In this document: in pieces, positions 40,435 to 50,399 of the stretch
Numbering within the stretch: the stretch's first letter is position 1
How the letters are laid out: every line of letters starts with the position of its first letter
NCBI GenBank assembly: GCA_025924835.1
Contig: JAICHO010000001.1
Location: 2,553 to 66,552 of the forward strand
DNA length: 64,000 nucleotides
Source: Candidatus Saccharimonadota bacterium
GTDB taxonomy: Bacteria > Patescibacteriota > Saccharimonadia > Saccharimonadales > JAICHO01
Direction: 5' to 3'
Position numbers and translations under genes: made by a program
Notes under the pieces: model-generated
Told to the model about the DNA's origin: nothing
The model's database searches: none
The model's input: the letters and a program-made list of their open reading frames with translations, nothing else

Positions 40435-41874
40435 TTAAAATTCGGTGGACTTAATGACACTTATGGGGGCGAATTTGGTAATAATACCCGTTACGCGGTC
40501 AGTTTGAGCCTGCACGGTCGTACCGTTCTGTGAGCGAGCTAAAGCGTCGGCGGCTTGGTCAAGCGGATATAATTTAAAGTCATGTCGGGCTAGTAGGTCC
40601 GCGTGCGACTGATTTTTCTTTTGGGCCGCCGTCCATTCGTAATGCATATAAAAAGGTAGGAGTTTAGGATTTTTAATCTGCTGGCTGGCAACATCAACAT
40701 CCATGATTGCCATACCGCCAATTAGATTTTCTATAGGGAGCTGGGAACTTATAAAACTACCCAGCGAATACCAGACCAGCGTTTGATGCCCGTCGCTACC
40801 ACTTAAGACCTTAGCCGGTTGCAGTACATGCGGTCCGACGCCAACAATCACATCCGCATTATAGCTAGCCAAGGTTTGGGAAATACGGTCCTGGTCAGCG
40901 CTAATATCACCGCTGTTTTCATTGCCCCAACTAATGCTGACGATAACAAAGCCGGCATTCTTGCGAGCCTCTTCAATTTGTTGTTTGGCGAGAGCATCGT
41001 TATACATATTGACACCGAAAGAAGTGGTCTGCGCGTTATTTGTACGCGTCGTGTATGACAAAAACGCGAACTTCACGCCTTTTACCTCAAAATATCGGAT
41101 TTTGTTTTGCTCCTCGGCGGATCGGTTGGCGCCCGCTACCGCTAGTATGTTTTTTTGACTATCCCAGCCCGCTAGCATGGCGTCAATTGCCGGTTGTCCT
41201 TTGTCATTGGTATGATCGGTGCCAAGATTCATGACATTGCAGCCAACCGCAGCAAAAGCCGTAGACCAGGCGGCCGGAGCATTAAAATTAGGATACGTGC
41301 TAATCCCCAGTCCTTCGCCGCCGGCAGGTGATGATTCGTTGCACAGTCGTATATCCGACTTATCAAAAAAGGGCTTCAGACTGCTCATAAGTGGCAGGTA
41401 ATCATAACCGCCGCTGGGCTGTTTGGCGGCATTATTAATCGATTCAAACGCCAGGTTATCCCCCGTAGCAACCAAACGTATACTTCCAGACGGCTGTGGC
41501 GCGGCGGCCGTAGTAGGTGTTACATGTACCTGGCTGGCTGGTGGAGCGGCCTTCTTAAAGTACTTATCGTACGAAACAAAAGACGCGCTGGCAGCTAAAC
41601 CAATCAGTAGAAGAAGGATCAGAACAGTTCGGAGGACCTTGGTCTTCTTGCGTTTTTTAATTGGTTGCGGCGCTCTGGCAACAGGTGCTGTGGGTGCGCT
41701 TGTCTCGGGCGCCGGAGACGGCTGCAGGTTACTAGCTGGAGCTAGCGGGCGGGGCGGCGGTATCGTACCCAGGCGGGATGAGCCCGCCCGTTGCTGTGGC
41801 CGCCCATAATAACCGGGAGCCGATCGCTGGCTCCCCCGAGCCCCTCTGAACCGGCTGCGAATATCATCATCCAT
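40435..41874 (-). CDS. CapA/PGA_cap family metallophosphatase-like envelope protein, paralog
   Basis: Low-complexity cytoplasmic N-terminus, a TM helix and MNLGTDHTNDKG motif. Confidence 0.75.
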   Translation of the reverse strand: MDDDIRSRFRGARGSQRSAPGYYGRPQQRAGSSRLGTIPPPRPLAPASNLQPSPAPETSAPTAPVARAPQPIKKRKKTKVLRTVLILLLLIGLAASASFVSYDKYFKKAAPPASQVHVTPTTAAAPQPSGSIRLVATGDNLAFESINNAAKQPSGGYDYLPLMSSLKPFFDKSDIRLCNESSPAGGEGLGISTYPNFNAPAAWSTAFAAVGCNVMNLGTDHTNDKGQPAIDAMLAGWDSQKNILAVAGANRSAEEQNKIRYFEVKGVKFAFLSYTTRTNNAQTTSFGVNMYNDALAKQQIEEARKNAGFVIVSISWGNENSGDISADQDRISQTLASYNADVIVGVGPHVLQPAKVLSGSDGHQTLVWYSLGSFISSQLPIENLIGGMAIMDVDVASQQIKNPKLLPFYMHYEWTAAQKKNQSHADLLARHDFKLYPLDQAADALARSQNGTTVQAQTDRVTGIITKFAPISVIKSTEF

Positions 41875-41942
41875 CTCTACCTATTATACCTAAAAAGCAT
41901 GAGAGGTTTTAGGGCTTTTTAAGTATGGAACATAGGCTACAA

Positions 41943-42344
41943 TTACTGTTTTTTTCTATCCAGCCTATCCAATTTAAGACCTTTGACTACAAAATAGACG
42001 GCCGCGGACACGATAATAAAGCTCATGAGGGCATTAATAAAACTACCGTAACCGAGCTTACTCTTACACTCGCTGCCTATGGTTTTCAGACAGACATAGC
42101 GGGTGCTAAAATCTCCGCCGCCGTAAAGCAACCCAATAAGTGGGCTAAATATATTTTGGACCAGGGAGTCCACCACGCTTTTGGCCGCAACCCCCAAAAT
42201 TAAACCAACCGCCAGTCCGACTACTCCTTGCTCGCGGACAAAGTCTAAGAACCCCTGTATCCAGCCAGGTGCCTTAATCGGCGGAAACACAATAACAACT
42301 TCTTTGCCGGTGTGATGCTTGGTAACAGGTGGCTTATCGGACAT
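41943..42344 (-). CDS. mscL: large-conductance mechanosensitive channel
   Basis: GFLDFVREQGVVGLAVGLILGVA with two TM helices. Start 42344 avoids overlap with gdh. Confidence 0.9.
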   Translation of the reverse strand: MSDKPPVTKHHTGKEVVIVFPPIKAPGWIQGFLDFVREQGVVGLAVGLILGVAAKSVVDSLVQNIFSPLIGLLYGGGDFSTRYVCLKTIGSECKSKLGYGSFINALMSFIIVSAAVYFVVKGLKLDRLDRKKQ

Positions 42345-42345
42345 G

Positions 42346-43587
42346 TTATGACTCCTTTTTCCGTGACATTTTAGCATCTCTGGTTTCTAGGATCCGCCGC
42401 ATGGCCACTGCCATAGCCGCTTCTTTTAAGGATACCTGCGCTTTGTCAGCATATTCCAGAGCCTTTTTGGTAGCCGGTATTAGGTACCCTTCCAGCTTTT
42501 CGTTAACTTTGGCTTCTTCCCAGTGTTCGCCCGCACGGTTTTGCAACCATTCCAAGTAGCTTACTATAACGCCGCCAGCATTAGCTAAAATATCGGGGAT
42601 GACTGTAATGCCACGGCTCGTTAACAGATCATACGCGCTATCTGATATGGGACCGTTAGCCAGTTCGAGTATGATTTTGGCCCGCACGGTGTCAGCGTTT
42701 TTTTCTGTAATAACATCTCCCAGCGCGGCTAAGACTAAAATATCTGCTTCTTCTGCCAGTAGCTGGTCGTTGGTAATTGTTACCGCGTCTTCGGCTTTAT
42801 GCTCATTCAGTTTACCGCCTTGTTTTTTATATTCAGCCAACTCATCAGGGTCAAGTCCAAAAGCTGAGCTTATACCACCACTGCTGTCCGTGGCCGCAAT
42901 TAACTGCAAATTTGGCAGCATCTGACCGGCTATAACTCCAAAAAATAAACCTACATTTCCAAAACCCTGTATGGCGTATGTCAATTCTTTTTTATCTGTT
43001 TTTAGATGCTCTAAGACTGTTCTTAAGGCTATGACGCCGCCTCGGCCAGTGGCCGCTTCACGTCCATTGCTACCACCTTTTGCTACGGATTTGCCGGTAA
43101 AGCTGGCTTTCGTGGTATCCCCGGTTATTTGCTCGTACTCATCAGTCATCCAATCAATAATCTGAGAGTTGGTGTTCACATCAGGTGCCGGTATATCTTT
43201 ATCGGGGCCAATGTGCGGATGCAAATGCCGTACATAAGCCCGGGATAATTCTTCCAGCTCGGCTTCGCTTAACTTGCGCGGATCGGTAGCCACTCCTCCC
43301 TTTCCGCCCCCCAGCGGCAAACCTACAGCGGCGTTTTTTAGGCTCATAAGCGTGGCCAGCGCCCGCACTTCGTCTAAGTCTACCCCTGGGTGAAACCGGA
43401 TACCGCCCTTGTACGGCCCGAGCGTATTCTTGTGCTGTACCCGGTAAGCTTTATGCGTGGTGCCGTTTTTAAGGGTGATATCAAAGATATGTTCCTGATC
43501 GATGCTAAGCAAAAAGTCTATGTCTTCTGAGCTAAGGCCCAAAGACTTCCCTACCCGCTCAATCAAATGGTGTGCGCTCTCCAGCAT
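42346..43587 (-). CDS. gdhA: glutamate dehydrogenase (Glu/Leu/Phe/Val dehydrogenase family)
   Basis: KGGIRFHPGV...LPLGGGKGG active-site region and a Rossmann fold; 413 aa. Confidence 0.92.
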   Translation of the reverse strand: MLESAHHLIERVGKSLGLSSEDIDFLLSIDQEHIFDITLKNGTTHKAYRVQHKNTLGPYKGGIRFHPGVDLDEVRALATLMSLKNAAVGLPLGGGKGGVATDPRKLSEAELEELSRAYVRHLHPHIGPDKDIPAPDVNTNSQIIDWMTDEYEQITGDTTKASFTGKSVAKGGSNGREAATGRGGVIALRTVLEHLKTDKKELTYAIQGFGNVGLFFGVIAGQMLPNLQLIAATDSSGGISSAFGLDPDELAEYKKQGGKLNEHKAEDAVTITNDQLLAEEADILVLAALGDVITEKNADTVRAKIILELANGPISDSAYDLLTSRGITVIPDILANAGGVIVSYLEWLQNRAGEHWEEAKVNEKLEGYLIPATKKALEYADKAQVSLKEAAMAVAMRRILETRDAKMSRKKES

Positions 43588-43639
43588 CTTAAAACCTCCA
43601 GATAGTAGATTTGATTGTACGCCTATAGCTGCGACTTAT

Positions 43640-45130
43640 CTAGAGGCTCGTATGTTGACGCAAAAAGTCCTCTGCCCGATAATAAATTATCCGTTTGTGG
43701 TCAGCATCCAGCCGCTTAAGCCGCTGGGCCATAACCCGCATCCGTGGGTTCTTACTGAGGCTTAATTCGTGTTTCTCTATAAACCGCCAAAAAAGGCCGT
43801 CCCAAATGTCAGACCAGACACCACGCTGGTAATCACTAAGGCCCAAAATATCATTACTGGGACCAACATAGGCCTTGCAATCCGCAGCATTTTCATGCGC
43901 GTCGAACTGGCTCAGACTGTTCACGTTTGGCACGACCGTCCAATCATAGGCGTCAATAAATAACTCCTGGTGCCACTGGTATATTTGAGAAGGCTCAATT
44001 TCGCATAATATCATGAGGTTACCGGCCAGTTTTCGGCGCTCGGCATCATGGGCATAGGCGTGTTCGCGCAGCTTTTTAATCATATCGTCCAAAGGCGGCA
44101 ACCCGGTTGTGCCGTTGTACCACGCACCGGTCAATTTACGATGATGATTAAATGGATTTTGTTGGCGCAGCGGAGTAGTCTGGTTCAGATATATGCCACG
44201 AACATACTCACGCCAGCCTAAAATTTGGCGAATAAAACTTTCTAAACTCTGCAGTGGCACTGGCCGCTCAGCATGCCGATCCAGAGCTGCCTGAATTACC
44301 TCTTGCGGTTTCAAGAGCCCTATATTTAGACTACCCTGCAGTAAGCTATGGTACAGCCAAGGTGATTGACCGCTCAATGTTTCCTGATACGGGCCATACT
44401 GGTCGATACGATTTTCAAGGAAATCACTGAGCCAAATCTGAGCTTCGGCGTGGTTTGTGGGCCACATAAACTCCGAGCTGCCCGGGTTATCCGGAAAGTG
44501 TTCGCCCGCCCAGGCAAGTGCCTCGGTCACAAACTTATTATCACCAAATACCGGAAAACTGGGCAGTACGACACCAGTGGGTAATTTCTGGGGCGTGGCC
44601 GCAAAGCTCCATTTGCCGCCCACAGGTTTATAGTTGTCCCCTATAAGCACGTTAAAACGTTCCCGCTGCCATTGATAAAAATCGGCAAAGGGATGTTTAT
44701 GGCGCTCATTAAAATACTGTCTTACTTCTTGCTCCTTCAAATAAAAATTTGGGCTGGGCAGAAAGGTAATAGTAGGCAGATCAGGCTGTTCGCGTCGTGC
44801 TTGCAGCAAGCGTTTTGTCAGCACGTCGTCGGTTGGATCAATGATAAAAATTTGATCAGCTTTATTCACACGCCTCAGAATATCGCCGCTTTTAGAAAAG
44901 ACGTCCAGATCAATATATTCAGTCTTAAAACCAGCCGGCCACAGGACCTCCTCGGCGTAACGCCGCATGCTGGCCCGGTGTAAAATAAGTTTTTGTTTAT
45001 GTACCCGCCGCGGAAACTCGTTATCTACTCCAAAATAAAGCGGCTCGTTAATCATGACAATGGTGTCAACCTTGGGCAGGTCACTTAAGCGATAGAGTTG
45101 GTGAGGATATAAAAGCAGGACGGATTTCAT
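43640..45130 (-). CDS. cryptochrome/photolyase-family FAD-binding protein (COG3046-like photolyase-related)
   Basis: C-terminal FAD_binding_7-like pattern TGLPPLDDMIKKL...HAYAHDAERRKLAGNLM...W. Confidence 0.65.
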   Translation of the reverse strand: MKSVLLLYPHQLYRLSDLPKVDTIVMINEPLYFGVDNEFPRRVHKQKLILHRASMRRYAEEVLWPAGFKTEYIDLDVFSKSGDILRRVNKADQIFIIDPTDDVLTKRLLQARREQPDLPTITFLPSPNFYLKEQEVRQYFNERHKHPFADFYQWQRERFNVLIGDNYKPVGGKWSFAATPQKLPTGVVLPSFPVFGDNKFVTEALAWAGEHFPDNPGSSEFMWPTNHAEAQIWLSDFLENRIDQYGPYQETLSGQSPWLYHSLLQGSLNIGLLKPQEVIQAALDRHAERPVPLQSLESFIRQILGWREYVRGIYLNQTTPLRQQNPFNHHRKLTGAWYNGTTGLPPLDDMIKKLREHAYAHDAERRKLAGNLMILCEIEPSQIYQWHQELFIDAYDWTVVPNVNSLSQFDAHENAADCKAYVGPSNDILGLSDYQRGVWSDIWDGLFWRFIEKHELSLSKNPRMRVMAQRLKRLDADHKRIIYYRAEDFLRQHTSL

Positions 45131-45181
45131 AATGATTATGCTTATTGTAACGTACCGCGGCGTCTCCAGATAGTGAGAAGT

Positions 45182-45814
45182 TTAAGGCGTAGCAATGAGT
45201 ATATCCAGCAAGTCGGTTGGGTGACCGGCGACCGCATCAGGCGCCATGTTTTTAAGGATATTGCTGGTCTGTAAGCCCCAGCTCACGGCGGCGGCTTTTA
45301 CACCCGCCCGTTTAGCGGCTTCAATATCACGAACCTCGTCTCCTACCATCCAGACACTATCCGGTACATACTTATGCTTGGAGATCAGGTGCCGAATAGC
45401 ATAGTGCTTCCCAAACAAAGCCGAACGCCGCAGTACCATAACCTTGTCTTCCAGTTTATAACGGCCCAAAACATCTCTTATAGTTTCAGGGTGATTAGTG
45501 CTGAGGATATAAAGATTGTTACCGGAAGCCGCCAGCCGCGTTATCACTTCCGGTATGCCGTCAAATAATTTAATATCTTTGCTGTGTTCGCGAAATCGCT
45601 TTAACCCTTCGCGCATCAGGCCCGGGATTTGCCAGGACTTAAGGCCTATCCAGCGCTGTAATTGTGTTGCCTTAAGCCCGCGCAAACGCTGATATTCGGT
45701 TTCGTTCATGTGAGGCCATCCATTCTCGGCTGCCATTTCGTTATAGACGGATCTAATTAACGCCGAGCTATCCGCGATCGTACCATCAAAATCAAAGATG
45801 ATGGTTGTAGACAC
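45182..45814 (-). CDS. HAD-superfamily hydrolase (phosphatase)
   Basis: MSTTIIFDFDGTIADS motif I. Confidence 0.8.
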   Translation of the reverse strand: MSTTIIFDFDGTIADSSALIRSVYNEMAAENGWPHMNETEYQRLRGLKATQLQRWIGLKSWQIPGLMREGLKRFREHSKDIKLFDGIPEVITRLAASGNNLYILSTNHPETIRDVLGRYKLEDKVMVLRRSALFGKHYAIRHLISKHKYVPDSVWMVGDEVRDIEAAKRAGVKAAAVSWGLQTSNILKNMAPDAVAGHPTDLLDILIATP

Positions 45815-47514
45815 TACATGTGCTCCGGGGCGGGAATATTCAGTAATTCCAAGCCTTTTTTTAAGGTGTCGGCGTACGACGTGACTAATTGCAGGCGCAA
45901 CTCTTGGCGCGGATCGTTTAAAACCCTGCTGTGTTCATAAAAGCGGTTAAAAACCTGGGCTAGTTCATACAAATACGTGCATATATGATGCGGCATTAGC
46001 TCGGCGGTAGCTTTATCTACGGTTTCTGCATATTCACTGATTTTTCGTACTAACTTCCGCTCTTCAGTGTCCAGGGCTGGAACACCTGGACTGTCTGCTG
46101 AAGCGGGGTCGGACTTGGCTAAAATAGAACGTGCCCGCGCATGCGCATACTGCAGATACGGGCCGCTATTGCCCTCAAGCGCTACGGATTCAGCCGGGTC
46201 ATACACGATGTCACCGCCAATGCGTTGTTTAAGAAAGGCGTATTTTACTGCCGCCAAAACTGTTTGCTCATTATCATGACCCATAGCCGCTTGGTTTGCT
46301 TCGCGGGCGGCGTCCAAAATATCGGTCGCACGCAAAATATTGCCTTTGCGACTGCTCATTTTGACGCCACCGGGCAGCTTAATGACCCCGTGTGTAAAGT
46401 GCTTGCTCCGGCTGACCACTTCCGGATAAAAATGTTCCAGGGCCTTAAGGACAACCTTCATATATTCCACGATGTCGTTAGCGGTAATAATAACACTCAG
46501 GTCAAACTGGTATTCCTGCCATTTACTGGCCGCCAAGCCCAAATCTTTGGCTTCGTACGTTGGCAAACCACCCGAGTTAATAAACACTCTGGTGTGCAGG
46601 TCGTGTGGCTCGCCCTTAAATACAATAGCGCCATCGGACCGCTCAAATACGCCTTCACGTAATCCCTTTTGCACCATGTCTATGCCAAGCTGGGTAACCG
46701 TACTTTCGGGTACATATTTTTCGAACTTACTAATATGCAGTTGTTCATAAAACATGTCAAAGCCGTCGTAGCTCCACTGCCGGCATGTCCAGTAAATTTG
46801 GGCAAAAGGCGTATCATGATCATTCCGAGCATGCAGCTCATATACCTGCTTATTTACGGCAACTATCTGAGCTTTAGCCTGCTCATTTTCCTCATACGCT
46901 GTATTACCTTCTATGTAGCGTTCGCTAAGCCACTCGAGCCTAGTAACCGCCTCTACGGATTCAAGCTGCTCTGGGTGCTCACCGCCCACAAACCGCAAAA
47001 TCGCCCACATCGTCTTACCAACATGCAATCCAACATCGCCACCGTAATTTAGCCTATGGACAGTTGCGCCAGCATTTTCCAGCAATTTGGCAATAGCGTC
47101 GCCCGTGATGGTGGTGTATAAGTGCCCCGCATGCAGTACCTTGAACGGGTTAGGGTCAGAGTACTCGGCTACGACCGTCTTACCCGCTAAGCTCTGAGTT
47201 GGTTTGCTTTGGGCACCTTTAAGCAGCGCCAGATCACTTAACCTAAAGTTAATAAACCCCGGGCCAGCGACAGCGACCTCTTCAATATCGCTCATCTTCC
47301 CTTTAACATGTTCGGCTATTGCCTGGGCAATCTCTCTCGGATTGATATTCAATTGTTTGCTTAAATGCAACGCGACATTGGTTGCATAATCACCAAATTG
47401 TTCATCCGGCCGTGTGAGCTCAACAGCTATCTCAAGCCTATATAAAGCTTGGCATGCCGTAACAACCGCTTGTTCTATTTTCTGTCTCATTGCATTAACT
47501 ATAACAGAGATCAC
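45814..47514 (-). CDS. argS: arginine--tRNA ligase
   Basis: Class I HIGH region (NPFKVLHAGHL), C-terminal DALR anticodon-binding domain; 566 aa. Confidence 0.93.
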   Translation of the reverse strand: MISVIVNAMRQKIEQAVVTACQALYRLEIAVELTRPDEQFGDYATNVALHLSKQLNINPREIAQAIAEHVKGKMSDIEEVAVAGPGFINFRLSDLALLKGAQSKPTQSLAGKTVVAEYSDPNPFKVLHAGHLYTTITGDAIAKLLENAGATVHRLNYGGDVGLHVGKTMWAILRFVGGEHPEQLESVEAVTRLEWLSERYIEGNTAYEENEQAKAQIVAVNKQVYELHARNDHDTPFAQIYWTCRQWSYDGFDMFYEQLHISKFEKYVPESTVTQLGIDMVQKGLREGVFERSDGAIVFKGEPHDLHTRVFINSGGLPTYEAKDLGLAASKWQEYQFDLSVIITANDIVEYMKVVLKALEHFYPEVVSRSKHFTHGVIKLPGGVKMSSRKGNILRATDILDAAREANQAAMGHDNEQTVLAAVKYAFLKQRIGGDIVYDPAESVALEGNSGPYLQYAHARARSILAKSDPASADSPGVPALDTEERKLVRKISEYAETVDKATAELMPHHICTYLYELAQVFNRFYEHSRVLNDPRQELRLQLVTSYADTLKKGLELLNIPAPEHM

Positions 47515-47553
47515 ATGCAGTTAGGTGCCGAATGCTCGTGCTTGTTTTGCTGT

Positions 47554-48024
47554 TTACCTGCCGGTTCTAAGTACATATCTGACTTTCTTGGGTAAGGCAA
47601 ACACCGGCTCGTAACCGGATGCCACAAACGCAGGGGCAGTTTTGCTATTACAGTCGGCGACACAGCCTGCCAGATCAGGCCAGGTATCAAGCACTCGTTC
47701 GTTAATGCTCGCCGCCAATAATCTGCCTAAAGACCTGTGAGGATACCCCAATTTAACAGACAGCCCGCCAAGTACTGCGAACTCTTTTCCCGGTGGCGCA
47801 GCAATACCCGCGATATCCTCCCCGGCCAGGATTTCTGTACAGGCAACATAGCCGATTGCCGGGGCGCCATTACCCACACCTTCCGTCAAAAATAGGCCTA
47901 GCTCATGACTGCTAATGCTTGCAAATGTCAACGCTTCCTGTGCCGTAACAGCCAAAAGCGCAGAGCAATCCACCAACTCGCCTAAAAAGCTATGGCTATC
48001 CACTATAAAAAATTCGGTACTCAT
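47554..48024 (-). CDS. hypothetical protein (156 aa), first gene of a putative operon with argS
   Basis: GGAGAAG SD 6 nt upstream of the ATG. Confidence 0.5.
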   Translation of the reverse strand: MSTEFFIVDSHSFLGELVDCSALLAVTAQEALTFASISSHELGLFLTEGVGNGAPAIGYVACTEILAGEDIAGIAAPPGKEFAVLGGLSVKLGYPHRSLGRLLAASINERVLDTWPDLAGCVADCNSKTAPAFVASGYEPVFALPKKVRYVLRTGR

Positions 48025-48037
48025 ATATCTTCTCCAA

Positions 48038-48071
48038 TTAAAAAAGCTCCTGGAATAATCCGGGAGCTGTC
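48038..48071 (-). terminator. intrinsic terminator/attenuator hairpin (GCUCCCGG-AUUAUU-CCAGGAGC + U6) in the leader of the 47554-48024/argS operon
   Basis: Read directly: an 8-bp GC-rich stem with one mismatch, followed on the minus strand by TTTTTTAATT. Confidence 0.4.
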
Positions 48072-48160
48072 TGAAGCCTTAAATAGTTTAACAATTACAA
48101 GGACAGCCCCCGTTAATACGGTTGCTGCGGCGGATAATATCAGTATATGACTTACAGATC

Positions 48161-48197
48161 ATGACCTAAATTATAATATAATGTTGTAGATTGTCAA
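48161..48197 (-). promoter_or_regulatory. consensus sigma70 promoter, TTGACA-N16-TATAAT
   Basis: rc(48192-48197)=TTGACA and rc(48170-48175)=TATAAT. The -35 overlaps the stop codon of the upstream membrane-protein gene. Confidence 0.45.
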
Positions 48198-48874
48198 TTT
48201 TTAGCCTGACCATTTGGGTCAAGTGCGCATACAAATTCCCAGACGACTATATATATGCTTCCCAGCAAGGCAAAGAACGTCAGGGTTGTCACTAGTACCT
48301 GCGGATGCGCGAGCGGATTAATAACGCGCTCCGATACGTCAAACAAGATCCCTGCCGGATTCACCAGCACGTCCCACGTGTTCCAGCGCAAAGTCCGGCC
48401 CAAATAAATCGCAAAGCTCGTGATTGCAAACACTACTCCTATTATGGTGGCCGCAATAAGTCGTCCCCTCCTTTTAAGGATGGCCCTGTGTACCCAGACA
48501 ATACTTAACATGCCAGCCACTGCACCATTCCATATACATGACAAAAATAGTACTGCATCAAACAATATTCCTATATCACCGGTATTCTGCAAATGAATGA
48601 GGTCGCTCATCAGATAAAAACTATTCGGTAAAAAGCCAAGCCACAAAAAAGTTAACGCTATGGGTATTGGTTCCTTCCAGCTCTTGTGCTTAAGCTGCCG
48701 CCTTAGCAGTAAAATGAATATAATCGGCACCCAAGCCAGTAACAGATTCCACAATAAGAACCAGTAATAGGTGCTATGAGTCGCCATTATCCTCAGCCCA
48801 AACAGCACGACACTAATTAGATTGGATATAAGTATGGCTTTTGCGATCCGAAGCCTGGCGGCAAGTGTTGCCAT
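48194..48874 (-). CDS. integral membrane protein (6 TM; DUF1361-like, tentative)
   Basis: Hydrophobicity pattern; WNLLLAWVP motif. Confidence 0.6.
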   Translation of the reverse strand: MATLAARLRIAKAILISNLISVVLFGLRIMATHSTYYWFLLWNLLLAWVPIIFILLLRRQLKHKSWKEPIPIALTFLWLGFLPNSFYLMSDLIHLQNTGDIGILFDAVLFLSCIWNGAVAGMLSIVWVHRAILKRRGRLIAATIIGVVFAITSFAIYLGRTLRWNTWDVLVNPAGILFDVSERVINPLAHPQVLVTTLTFFALLGSIYIVVWEFVCALDPNGQAKN

Positions 48875-48997
48875 AATACTGTTCTATTATAACATCCGGG
48901 AGTAACGAACAAGACCGTTGGCGCAGGCTAAGGTACCCGAATAGCAAAAATATTACAGCTTCTTGTTGTCCTTTGCTTTTATACTGTCAACTCATAC

Positions 48998-49576
48998 TTG
49001 TCTAAAATAAGGGAGACCGTGGTGCAATTAATGGTTATCAATGGCAGCGTCCGCGAAGGCCGAGCGGCTGATAAAGTCCAAGCTTGGGCACTGGAAGTCT
49101 TAAAGCAAATTCCTGGCCTAGAAACTGATCTGGCCGATCTCAAAGAAATTGACCTGCCATTTTTTAATGAGCCCGTCATCCCATCTATGGCCAAGGGTCA
49201 GTATCAAAACCCTAAAGGCACCGCCTGGGCCAAGCGTGTTGCCGAAGCTGAGGCGTTTATAATGCTAACCGCCGAATACAATTACGGACCGACAGCGGTC
49301 TTAAAAAACGCTATAGACTGGGTGTATGAGGGCTGGATGAACAAGCCGGCCGGTTTTATCAGTTACGGCGGCGTGGCCGCCGGTACCCGAGCGGTTCAGC
49401 AACTGATACAAAACTTCGTAAACGTTAAGCTCTTTCCGATTTCGGGCAATATCCATATCCCCCATATCCGTCAAGCCTTTGACGACCATGGGCGCCCTGT
49501 TTACTCCGGCCTGGACGAAAATTTGAAAACGTTGGTTGCCGAGCTTACCGATTTGCAGAAACGCCTTTCCCGGTAG
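48998..49576 (+). CDS. NAD(P)H-dependent FMN reductase (flavodoxin-like fold)
   Basis: MVINGSVREG...NYGPTAVLKNAIDW pattern typical of the FMN_red family. Confidence 0.8.
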   Translation: MSKIRETVVQLMVINGSVREGRAADKVQAWALEVLKQIPGLETDLADLKEIDLPFFNEPVIPSMAKGQYQNPKGTAWAKRVAEAEAFIMLTAEYNYGPTAVLKNAIDWVYEGWMNKPAGFISYGGVAAGTRAVQQLIQNFVNVKLFPISGNIHIPHIRQAFDDHGRPVYSGLDENLKTLVAELTDLQKRLSR

Positions 49577-49754
49577 CCACATTAACCAAATTCGGTTATA
49601 CCTGATGGCTTCACCGGCTAAGACAGCACGCGGGGAGGCTTCTAAGGTATAATGACAGCAATGAATCCCGCTAGACTCCAAAGAGCTGCCTCATGTACTG
49701 GGACGGTTAAGCGCCAATATGGCTTTTCGGCCGTTAAACAATTGGAACAGTTAG

Positions 49755-50399
49755 ATGCAATCTAATGGGATGAAGCTGCTCGATCCTATCCGGGACCTCG
49801 TAAGAACCGTAATGCGTAGTTTTGCCCGCCTTCTCAACCACCTCAGTGGCGGCAAACTGACCCCAAACCAGGTAACAATCGCAGGCCTGTTAGCGCACTT
49901 GCCCATAGTGTGGCTGATTGCCACCAGGCACAACTTGTCAGCTGCTATTCTCTTAATACTATTTGGCCTGTTTGATACGCTTGACGGCGAACTCGCTCGT
50001 TTGCAGAAATGGACGACGCCGCTCGGAATGTTTATGGATTCATCAACTGATCGAATGAAAGAGATATTGCTGTACTGCGGCATAGTGTCTGTCTTGCTCC
50101 AAACAGGTCACCGGCTTGTTATTATTGCTGCCGTTGGGGCTCTCGGAGCCTCACTCTGCACAAGCTACCTGAATGCCTGGGGCGAAGCGGTACTTGCCAC
50201 CGTTCAGAACAGTCAGGCTCACAAAGTTAATAAAAGCTTTCGTAGTGGGTTGCTGAGCTTTGAGCTGCGTATAGTCTTGATTATTGGAGGCCTTTTATTT
50301 AATAGGCTGGACGTGGTGGTGTATATAATTTTGGTATTGGCTACTATAACTGTTGTGCAACGGTTTATGCATATTACCGGGCAGCTAAAAAATGTATAA
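49755..50399 (+). CDS. CDP-alcohol phosphatidyltransferase
   Basis: DTLDGELAR...G...D signature; polytopic membrane protein. Confidence 0.85.
   Translation: MQSNGMKLLDPIRDLVRTVMRSFARLLNHLSGGKLTPNQVTIAGLLAHLPIVWLIATRHNLSAAILLILFGLFDTLDGELARLQKWTTPLGMFMDSSTDRMKEILLYCGIVSVLLQTGHRLVIIAAVGALGASLCTSYLNAWGEAVLATVQNSQAHKVNKSFRSGLLSFELRIVLIIGGLLFNRLDVVVYIILVLATITVVQRFMHITGQLKNV

Noticed and set aside
49301-49681. 126-aa minus-strand ORF overlapping the FMN reductase gene
   Set aside because: It is fully antisense to a well-supported flavodoxin-fold gene and shows no motif.
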